From: an uncultured Candidatus Saccharibacteria bacterium
GTDB taxonomy: Bacteria > Patescibacteriota > Minisyncoccia > 2-02-FULL-40-12 > IGHO2-01-FULL-4-A
Length of the DNA: 36,209 nt
Direction of reading: 5' to 3'
Assembly: GCA_964364345.1 (NCBI GenBank)
Contig: CAYILQ010000002.1
Span: 1 to 36,209 of the forward strand
Part shown: positions 7,249 through 14,218 of the stretch, piece by piece
Layout of the letters: each line of letters opens with the position of its first letter
Position numbering within the stretch: position 1 is the stretch's first letter
Notes under the pieces: model-generated
What the model was told of the DNA's origin: nothing
Seen by the model: only the letters and a program-made list of their open reading frames with translations
Database searches by the model: none
Made by a program: the position numbers and the translations under genes

Positions 7249-8619
7249 TTATCTCCACGAGGGGAACCAAACCCTAGCGTTATAGGCCTTGTCAGTTAGG
7301 GGCAAACCGTAAGAAAGGGGAGCGAAGTAGATAAAGGTAATCAAACTGGCAACAATCAGGGCGGCGAAAACTGTTTTTCTTTTCGGTAATTTGTCAAGCA
7401 AATAGACCAGGATCAAGATCGCAAATATCAAGGCGGTTAAGTAGTGGTACAGAAACATGGCCCGTTTGATGCCGATGAAGGGTAAAAGATTGAAAAAATA
7501 CGCGCCGGCCAAAAGCCACAACGAACCGTCGGCCTTTAATTTCCTTAAGAGGACGCTTATCAGCAAATAGAAAACGGCTATGGTAGAAGCCCACCAAATA
7601 GCAGGATTACCAAGAAAGTAAATCCGAGAACCAGAGCTGGTAGCTGGTAGCTGATCGCTGGTGGTTGTGTCAGCCTGGTACCAGTAGTAGATTGGTCGGA
7701 CCATAAACGGCCAGCTGTACCAATGGCTGGAGTAAGGGTGGGTTGCTGTCAAAGTGGCGTTTGATTTGTACATTTGGAGGTTCAACTCGACGAACTTTTC
7801 GAATAAATTTAAGGGTTTAATCTCCGGGTGGGCTTGGTTTTGGTTACCCTTGAGGCTCTTTTGAAAAGCGATAGTCATGAAAGCGTCGCCCGGGCCGGAT
7901 TTGTTAAGGAGCCCAAGATGAATCGCAAAAATCGCAAAATATATCGCCAGAGGCAGTACCAGGAGATTAAATTTTTTAACAAGGAGCAAATTGACCCAGA
8001 TTTGCTCCTTGCTTCTTAGTACCCTAAGCGCTTCCATAATAATCGGAATCGCCAAGAAAGCGGCTCCGGTCCATTTGACCGACGCCGCCAAAGCGCCGAA
8101 AATCCCCGTCAGAATTAAAAGAGAGGTTCGGTTTATCCGGCGATACTTGAGGTAGAAAAAAAGCGATGAGAAACCGAAAAGCAGCAAAAAAGAATCTAAA
8201 AGGATAAAACGCGACTGGGTCAGCAGCGAATTTTCCAAAACCGCCAGAGCGCCGACAGCAAACGCCGCCAATCGAGACAAACCGACCTCCAGCGCTAAAT
8301 AGAAAATGACCAAAGGCAGCAAGATACCGGCGATTGTCGGCAGAAGTCTTAGCCACAAATAGGCGTTATCAGGAAATTTCTGGCCGATCTCGGCAAAACT
8401 AAAACCGGGCTGAAAGCCGTTCACATAGCCGACGGCCGAAATTAAGAGCTTGCCTAAGGGTGGGTGAATGTCGAAAAAATACTCGCCCGTAAAATAGCCG
8501 GAAATAAATTTGCCAAAATGGACTTCGTCAAAGACCGTCTCGTTAGGATGGCCGTAGAATAGGAAATGGACAATGACGCTCGCGGCCAGGATTATCAGAA
8601 CCGGCAAGTGTTTGCGCAT
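7249..8619 (-). CDS. GT39 (PMT-family) dolichyl/polyprenyl-phosphate-mannose protein mannosyltransferase
   Basis: 456-aa polytopic membrane protein with the loop-1 motif DEVHFGKF followed by DIHPPLGK, typical of the PMT/GT39 family. Confidence 0.85.
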   Translation of the reverse strand: MRKHLPVLIILAASVIVHFLFYGHPNETVFDEVHFGKFISGYFTGEYFFDIHPPLGKLLISAVGYVNGFQPGFSFAEIGQKFPDNAYLWLRLLPTIAGILLPLVIFYLALEVGLSRLAAFAVGALAVLENSLLTQSRFILLDSFLLLFGFSSLFFYLKYRRINRTSLLILTGIFGALAASVKWTGAAFLAIPIIMEALRVLRSKEQIWVNLLLVKKFNLLVLPLAIYFAIFAIHLGLLNKSGPGDAFMTIAFQKSLKGNQNQAHPEIKPLNLFEKFVELNLQMYKSNATLTATHPYSSHWYSWPFMVRPIYYWYQADTTTSDQLPATSSGSRIYFLGNPAIWWASTIAVFYLLISVLLRKLKADGSLWLLAGAYFFNLLPFIGIKRAMFLYHYLTALIFAILILVYLLDKLPKRKTVFAALIVASLITFIYFAPLSYGLPLTDKAYNARVWFPSWR

Positions 8620-8626
8620 AAAAATA

Positions 8627-8635
8627 TGATATAAT
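8627..8635 (+). promoter_or_regulatory. Extended -10 (TGaTATAAT) in the 29-nt divergent spacer before trxB
   Basis: TATAAT at 8630-8635 is preceded by TG. ATG 8649 lies 13 nt downstream, with AAGG in between. Confidence 0.4.
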
Positions 8636-8648
8636 AAGCCAAGGTTAT

Positions 8649-9623
8649 ATGCTATACGATCTGATAATTATAGGAGGGTCAGCGGCGGCGACTGCCGCGG
8701 GCATTTACGCTGCTCGGCGGAATTTGAATTTTAAGATCATTACCAAGGATTTTGGCGGCGAAGTGGCCACTTCGGGCGAGATCGGCAACTGGCCGGGCAT
8801 TACCCAAACTGACGGTGTAGCTTTGACTCAACAATTTAAGGAGCACCTTAGGTTTTACCATGTTGAGCCGGAAGAGGGAGTTTGGGTTGAGAAAATTACC
8901 CGTCAAGATGACGGCACTTTCTGCATAACCGCGACCAAAGACGGCCAACCAAAGATGGCAGTTGAGAAGCTCCCCGACGGCTCCCAGCCAGCCCGGCGCT
9001 GTGATTATGTAACTAAGACCTTAATCTTGGCCACCGGCGTTCATCCCCGGGAGCTTAACATCCCGGGCGAGAAAGAGTTCCGCAACAAAGGGGTGAGTTA
9101 CTGTTCCGTTTGTGATTTGCCTGTTTTTGCTGGAAAAATTGTAGCAACCGTCGGCGGCGGGAACTCGGCGCTGGAGTCGGCTCTAATGGGTACCGACATT
9201 GCTTCCAAAGTTTATGTCGTCAACAAAAACCCTCAATTCAAAGGCGACCAGATTTTGATTGATAATCTAACGCGGAAAAAAAACGTTGAAATAATCTACA
9301 GCGCCAAGACTACGCGAATTACTGGCAGTGAGTTTGTGAATGGCTTAAAATACACTGACAAGGACGGCAAAGAGCAGGAGCTGAAAGTTGACGGCATCTT
9401 TGTCCATATCGGCATGGTGCCGAACAGCGGTGTCGCGCCCGAAGGCACAGAGAAGAATCAATTCGGCGAGATCATAGTCAACAAAAACTGTGAGACCAAC
9501 ATCCCTGGTCTTTACGCCGCCGGCGATGTCACCGACGTGCCCCACAAGCAAATCGTCATCGCCGCCGGCCAAGGGACTTGCGCGGTGCTGTCAGCGGTCA
9601 ATTACTTGAACCGACTCAAATAA
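8649..9623 (+). CDS. trxB: Thioredoxin-disulfide reductase
   Basis: 324 aa with IIIGGSAAATAA (FAD), the CSVCD redox CxxC, GGGNSALESA (NADPH) and the AAGDVTD motif. Confidence 0.85.
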   Translation: MLYDLIIIGGSAAATAAGIYAARRNLNFKIITKDFGGEVATSGEIGNWPGITQTDGVALTQQFKEHLRFYHVEPEEGVWVEKITRQDDGTFCITATKDGQPKMAVEKLPDGSQPARRCDYVTKTLILATGVHPRELNIPGEKEFRNKGVSYCSVCDLPVFAGKIVATVGGGNSALESALMGTDIASKVYVVNKNPQFKGDQILIDNLTRKKNVEIIYSAKTTRITGSEFVNGLKYTDKDGKEQELKVDGIFVHIGMVPNSGVAPEGTEKNQFGEIIVNKNCETNIPGLYAAGDVTDVPHKQIVIAAGQGTCAVLSAVNYLNRLK

Positions 9624-9668
9624 GTGCAAATAAGCCGATGCCAATTTACGAATAATGCGAATCTACAA

Positions 9669-10220
9669 ATGAAAAATATGATTTATCTCGGCTCCGATCA
9701 CAGAGGATACGAGTTGAAGGAGAAAATCAAGAAGTGGCTTTTAGATTGGGGTTATCAGTCTGAAGACTGCGGCGCTTTTGAATATGACGAAAAAGACGAC
9801 TATCCGGACTTTGTTCATGGAGTCGCCCAAAAAGTTTCCGCAGACCCGGAAAATTCAAAAGCGATCATTCTGGGCGGTTCCGGACAGGGTGAGGCAATGG
9901 TGGCGAACCGGTATAAAGGTGTCAGAGCGGCGGTTTTTTACGGGCCCCCGTTTCAGTTTAAGATGATGTCGTGGTCTAAATGGCTTATCTTAGGCAGCGG
10001 GGGGCTTAATGTGGCCCAGAAGAGCGAATTTTCCGTTCTGCAAAAACTTGTTAAACTGTCTCGCGAACACAATGATGCCAATGTCTTGTCTCTGGGCGCT
10101 TCCTTCGTTGATGACGACGTGGCCCAAAAGATAATCAAACTCTGGCTGGAGACACCGTTTAGCGGCGAAGAGAGGCATATTAGGCGCCTTGGTAAAATAG
10201 AGGATTTGAAAAATGACTAG
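9669..10220 (+). CDS. rpiB: RpiB/LacA/LacB-family ribose-5-phosphate isomerase
   Basis: MKNMIYLGSDHRGYELKEKI..., SGQGEAMVANR, LSREHNDANVLSLGA and a C-terminal ERHIRR. The ORF opens at 9624 but ATG 9669 or 9678 fit the family N-terminus. About 22 extra residues precede LSREHND. Confidence 0.8.
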   Translation: MKNMIYLGSDHRGYELKEKIKKWLLDWGYQSEDCGAFEYDEKDDYPDFVHGVAQKVSADPENSKAIILGGSGQGEAMVANRYKGVRAAVFYGPPFQFKMMSWSKWLILGSGGLNVAQKSEFSVLQKLVKLSREHNDANVLSLGASFVDDDVAQKIIKLWLETPFSGEERHIRRLGKIEDLKND

Positions 10221-10461
10221 TCACAAGATTAATTTAATTGTTTCCGTTATTCTCGGCGTGATTGCGGGACTTTATGTTTCTTTGCAGCCTCCTCACATTT
10301 TCTGCTTTGACGATTGCCCGGTACCTATTTTAGAGAAAAGGGTTACCGTTGGTTTGGGAGTCTTCGCTTTCATATTTTTGATTGTCTTTATTTTTTTGGA
10401 ACTGGTAAGGTTCTTCAGAACTAAGCGGATCGTCGTAAAGAACCGCGGTACTGGAGATTGA
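10213..10461 (+). CDS. Hypothetical small membrane protein (two TM helices)
   Basis: 82 aa. The ATG overlaps the rpiB stop (ATGACTAG). Two hydrophobic helices and a basic tail. Confidence 0.5.
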   Translation: MTSHKINLIVSVILGVIAGLYVSLQPPHIFCFDDCPVPILEKRVTVGLGVFAFIFLIVFIFLELVRFFRTKRIVVKNRGTGD

Positions 10462-10463
10462 CT

Positions 10464-11204
10464 TGAGAGTACTCTCATGGTGACTTGAGGTGCGACCTCA
10501 AATAAATGAGAAAGGTAAAGTTTGTCAAAGGAGAGTTTTTCCATGTCTATAATCGTGGCGTGGATAAGCGCAATATTTTCCTGGATCAGGGGGATTATTT
10601 GAGGTTTTGCAAAGCGCTTAAATTTTTTAATTCCGAGAGTCCTTGCTGGATAGCAACGGTTAACAGAAAAGACCAAACTCCTTCCCCCGAAGATCAATTG
10701 GTGGATGTAATCTGCTTTTGTTTAATGCCTAATCATTATCATCTGCTTTTGCGGCCAATAACCGAAAATGGGGTGACCAAGTTCATGCGTAAACTAAACA
10801 CCGGCTATACTATTTATTTTAATATTAAGCATCAGAGAACCGGTAGATTGTTTGAAAATAAATTTAAAGCCATCCATGTTGATAACGACCTGTACCTTAA
10901 ACACCTTACTCGATATATCCACTTAAACCCGCTTGATCTGTATCAAGGTGAATGGCGGGAGGGCAAAGTAGGGAACGCCAAATCATCCTTGCGATACATA
11001 GAGGATTATCCGTGGTCAAGTTATTCCAGCTATGTTTCGAAATTTAAGCGCAATGATATAATTAACCCTAAACCGCTAATGGAAATCTTTGGAGGCGAAA
11101 ACTATGAAAACTTTGTTGCCTCTTGGACAGCACGTGATTTCGATACGGTCAGACCATTGACGCTGGAATAGTTTGTGTTTTGTTGAGGTCGCACCTCAAT
11201 AAAT
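10464..11204 (+). mobile_element. IS200/RAYT-like unit: Y1 (HUH) transposase bounded by terminal hairpins
   Basis: TTGAGGT-GCG-ACCTCAA (10485-10501) and TTGAGGT-CGC-ACCTCAA (11183-11199) have the same stem and complementary loops, and each is followed by (A)TAAAT. They lie 715 bp end to end, and a 14-bp palindrome TGAGAGTACTCTCA (10464-10477) sits just upstream. Confidence 0.7.
10506..11171 (+). CDS. IS200-like / REP-associated tyrosine (Y1, HUH) transposase
   Basis: 221 aa. HUH motif in CLMPNHYHLLLRP and a catalytic-Tyr motif RYIHLNP, as in the Y1_Tnp (PF01797-type) RAYT-like proteins. Confidence 0.85.
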   Translation: MRKVKFVKGEFFHVYNRGVDKRNIFLDQGDYLRFCKALKFFNSESPCWIATVNRKDQTPSPEDQLVDVICFCLMPNHYHLLLRPITENGVTKFMRKLNTGYTIYFNIKHQRTGRLFENKFKAIHVDNDLYLKHLTRYIHLNPLDLYQGEWREGKVGNAKSSLRYIEDYPWSSYSSYVSKFKRNDIINPKPLMEIFGGENYENFVASWTARDFDTVRPLTLE

Positions 11205-11207
11205 CTT

Positions 11208-12200
11208 ATGGCTGAAGTTTTTGTAACAAGACCTATCCCAAATCGAGGAATTGAAATTCTTAAGGCCGAAGGGTTTGATGTTGTCATAAACGAGATAGCC
11301 AGAGAGCGGGCGGCGACGAAGGAGGAGATGTTGGCTGCTCTGGGGCAAGCTCGAAATGAAGGAAAGCCCTTCAGTGCTTTGCTTTCGGTCTTGACTGAAG
11401 AAATTGACGCCGAAATTATGGATGCTGCCGGACCACAACTTAAAATTATCGCTAATTATGCGGTCGGTTTTGACAATATTGATCTGGCGGCGGCTAAACA
11501 ACGAAGGATCATGGTGACTAATACGCCGGAAGTGCTTACTAATACGGTGGCCGAACACACCTTTGCTTTAATGCTGGCCATTGCTCATCGGGTTTCTGAA
11601 GCCGATCGGTTCAGCCGCGCGGGATTATATAAAGCTTGGGGACCAGAACTGCTTTTGGGTACCGATGTTTCAGGCAAGACCTTGGGTGTAATTGGTCTTG
11701 GCCGGATTGGCTCGCGAGTGGCTCACCACGCTGTCAAGGGCTTTGGCATGAAAGTCATGTACACTGACCCCAAACCCAATCCAGACTTTGAGAGGGAATA
11801 TGGAGCAATTTACGCGGCCAGTGTTGATGAGCTTTTACCTCAAGGCGATTTTGTGTCAATCCACGCGCCGTTGTTGGATTCGACCCGGCACTTGATAAAT
11901 GAGGCCAGGCTCAAGATGATGAGACCGACCGCTTACTTGATAAACACTTCGCGCGGCCCGATAATTGATGAGAAGGCTCTGGCTGCAGCCTTGGTGCAGG
12001 GTTGGATCAAGGGCGCGGCCATTGATGTTTTTGAAAACGAGCCCGAGATTACTCCCGAGCTAAAAACGCTTGATAACATAATCTTGACCCCCCACATCGC
12101 CTCGGCGACCGCGGAAACCAGAAACAAGATGGCCGTTCTCGCCGCCGAAAACATTATTGAAGCTTTGGAAGGCAAAATCCCGCCCAATTTAGTTAAATAG
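11208..12200 (+). CDS. D-isomer-specific 2-hydroxyacid dehydrogenase (glyoxylate/hydroxypyruvate reductase-like)
   Basis: 330 aa with the GVIGLGRIGSRVA NAD-binding motif, INTSRGPIID and the LTPHIASAT catalytic His region. Confidence 0.9.
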   Translation: MAEVFVTRPIPNRGIEILKAEGFDVVINEIARERAATKEEMLAALGQARNEGKPFSALLSVLTEEIDAEIMDAAGPQLKIIANYAVGFDNIDLAAAKQRRIMVTNTPEVLTNTVAEHTFALMLAIAHRVSEADRFSRAGLYKAWGPELLLGTDVSGKTLGVIGLGRIGSRVAHHAVKGFGMKVMYTDPKPNPDFEREYGAIYAASVDELLPQGDFVSIHAPLLDSTRHLINEARLKMMRPTAYLINTSRGPIIDEKALAAALVQGWIKGAAIDVFENEPEITPELKTLDNIILTPHIASATAETRNKMAVLAAENIIEALEGKIPPNLVK

Positions 12201-12203
12201 CCA

Positions 12204-12255
12204 CTAGCCGCTAGCGACTAGCCACTGACACTAGTCGCTAAGGGCTAGTCGCTAG
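12204..12255. repeat. CTAG-rich palindromic spacer
   Basis: CTAGCGACTAG (12211-12221) is the reverse complement of CTAGTCGCTAG (12245-12255) and pairs over its first 10 nt with CTAGTCGCTA (12231-12240). Confidence 0.7.
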
Positions 12256-12263
12256 TTGCTTGT

Positions 12264-12908
12264 TTGGCAGAAATCATTCCGGCAATACTAGCCAAAAGCC
12301 GAGAAGAGCTAGTTGGTAAAATCATAATCGTTGAGCCGTACGTTGAGCGCGTCCATCTTGACATTGCCGATGGTATTGCCGTGCCCAATGTCACCATCAG
12401 CGGCCCCGAAGAAATTGAGACCGTTGAGACCCGGCTTGCCCTCGGTGTTCATCTGATGGTTTCCAAACCGGAGAATCATATCCATCGCTGGCTGGAGACC
12501 CAAGCCGACAAGTTTGTCTTTCACATTGAATACACCCAAACCCCCCAAATGATTATTGACGCGGTAAAAGAAGCGGAGCGCTCGGTGGGCATTGCTTTGA
12601 ATCCGGCGACACTGGCGGCCAAGATTGAACCATTTATTGACCAAATAGATTTTGTTCATTTCATGACTGTGGAACCCGGTTTTTATGGAGGTAAATTTGT
12701 GGAATCAGTCTTGGATAAAATTTCCGATTTTCACTATTTCTACCCCGATAAGCCAATTGAAGTTGATGGCGGCGTTACCCCCGAGACCGCGCCCCGATTG
12801 ATTGAGGCTGGAGTCAGCGGGCTGGTGGTGGGGAGTTATATTTTTCAAAACCACGATGTAGCTAAAGCAATTGAGAATTTGAAACTAGCAATAAGCAATA
12901 AGCAATAA
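12264..12908 (+). CDS. rpe: Ribulose-phosphate 3-epimerase
   Basis: 214 aa, TTG start. IIPAIL, HLDIADG, VHLMV, ALNP, MTVEPGF.G.KF, EVDGGV and VVGSYIF follow the RPE TIM-barrel pattern. Confidence 0.8.
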   Translation: MAEIIPAILAKSREELVGKIIIVEPYVERVHLDIADGIAVPNVTISGPEEIETVETRLALGVHLMVSKPENHIHRWLETQADKFVFHIEYTQTPQMIIDAVKEAERSVGIALNPATLAAKIEPFIDQIDFVHFMTVEPGFYGGKFVESVLDKISDFHYFYPDKPIEVDGGVTPETAPRLIEAGVSGLVVGSYIFQNHDVAKAIENLKLAISNKQ

Positions 12909-12963
12909 GCTGTGGGCTATAAGCGCCAGGAAGCCTTGCTCTTATTGCCTGTTAGCTTATTGC
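12888..12963. repeat. AATAAGC heptamer run with inverted GCTTATTGC copies, overlapping the rpe stop codon
   Basis: GCAATAAGCAATAAGCAATAAGC (12888-12910) faces CTTATTGC (12941-12948) and GCTTATTGC (12955-12963). Confidence 0.7.
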
Positions 12964-12975
12964 CTACCGCTTACT

Positions 12976-13983
12976 TTGTATGACGTTATCACCATAGGCT
13001 CGGCGACCCGCGATGTTTTTTTGATGGCCGAGGGGTTGGAAATTAGAAAGCACGCCGATTCGCTCACGGGCGTTGAGCAATGTTTTCCTTTGGGGACAAA
13101 AATTGAGGTTAAGGACATAGTTTTTGCCACCGGTGGCGGCGGGACTAACACGGCAGTGACTTTTGCCCGCCAGGGTTTTAAGACCGCCTGTCTGGGAGTA
13201 ATCGGCGATGACATCGTTGGCAAAGAAATACTGATTGAATTGGCCCACGAGGGGATTGAGACCAAATTTTTCCAGAAACACCGCGATGATTTCACGGCTT
13301 ACTCGGTGATTTTGGTCAACCCCTCGGCCGAGAGAACCATTTTGAGTTACAAAGGCGAGGGTCAGCATTTCGATATTAAAAAAGTTGCCTTTGATAAACT
13401 CCGGGCCAAATGGTTCTACCTTGATTCTCTGGGCGGCCATTACGACTTGCTTGAAGCCCTGGTTGGGCACGCCGTCAAAAACAAAATAAAAATTGCTTTT
13501 AACCCCGGCGGTAAAGAGCTGGCACACGGTTGGGACCGCCTAGCGCCGATTTTGAAAAATATTGATGTTTATATTACGAATAAGGAAGAGGGGAGCCAGC
13601 TCACCGGAGTTGAAGCCGGCGACCAAAAGATGATTCTGGACAAACTGCAGGCAGCGGTCAAGGAGATCGTAATTGTTAGCGATGGCCACAATGGGGTTAG
13701 AGTGAGAGACGGTCAGAGTGAGTACAGCGCCGGTGTGCCCGATTCACCGATTGTTGAACGCACCGGCGCCGGCGACGCTTTCGGTTCCGGGTTTGTCGCC
13801 GAGTATATTAGGAGTTCAGGGCTGGAGGCTGGAAGCCGGGAGCGGGAAGCTGCGATAGCAAAATCAATCCAATTTGCCACAGCCAACGCCTCCTCGGTGG
13901 TGACCCAATTTGGCGCCAAAGCCGGGATTTTGAAAAAAGGTGATTGGGGCCCGTGGCCATTGGTAGAAGTTAGGATGAGCTGA
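12976..13983 (+). CDS. PfkB-family carbohydrate kinase
   Basis: 335 aa, TTG start. N-terminal DVITIGSATRDVF, the GGGGTN di-Gly region, and C-terminal TGAGDAFGSGF (ATP/anion-hole motif). Confidence 0.85.
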   Translation: MYDVITIGSATRDVFLMAEGLEIRKHADSLTGVEQCFPLGTKIEVKDIVFATGGGGTNTAVTFARQGFKTACLGVIGDDIVGKEILIELAHEGIETKFFQKHRDDFTAYSVILVNPSAERTILSYKGEGQHFDIKKVAFDKLRAKWFYLDSLGGHYDLLEALVGHAVKNKIKIAFNPGGKELAHGWDRLAPILKNIDVYITNKEEGSQLTGVEAGDQKMILDKLQAAVKEIVIVSDGHNGVRVRDGQSEYSAGVPDSPIVERTGAGDAFGSGFVAEYIRSSGLEAGSREREAAIAKSIQFATANASSVVTQFGAKAGILKKGDWGPWPLVEVRMS

Positions 13984-14002
13984 CCCTTAGTTCCCGGCTG
14001 CG

Positions 14003-14165
14003 TTAATGGGCTTATTCGGATTAGGATTTATTCCGCCAGTCGGCGGACCAAAATTTGGGCTCCGCTTCGCTCCGGCATACCCCCTCGCCACATTTTAAGT
14101 ATCGGCCTCCGGCCGAGGCTAGACCCCAAATTTTGGACAAATCCTAATCCTCGGTAACCCCATTA
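14003..14165. repeat. 163-bp long hairpin element in the pfkB-downstream spacer
   Basis: Three nested perfect arm pairs: TTAATGGG/CCCATTAA (14003/14158), GGATTAGGATTT/AAATCCTAATCC (14018/14139) and CCAAAATTTGGG/CCCAAATTTTGG (14048/14125). Internal CCGCC-AGTC-GGCGG and TCGGCC-TCC-GGCCGA mini-hairpins. Confidence 0.8.
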
Positions 14166-14218
14166 AGCTTGCCTGCGAGGTCGTTCGAAGAGGGGTTAGC
14201 TCACCCAATTTTAAACAT

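Noticed and set aside
12964-13527. Antisense ORFs within well-supported genes (for example 12964..13527 -, 3582..4073 -, 20953..21468 +, 28600..29133 -, 28940..29422 -, 16813..17202 +)
   Set aside because: They are shadow ORFs opposite conserved, family-assignable genes (pfkB, fusA, rnj, groES/groEL, ychF). None has motifs or independent signals.
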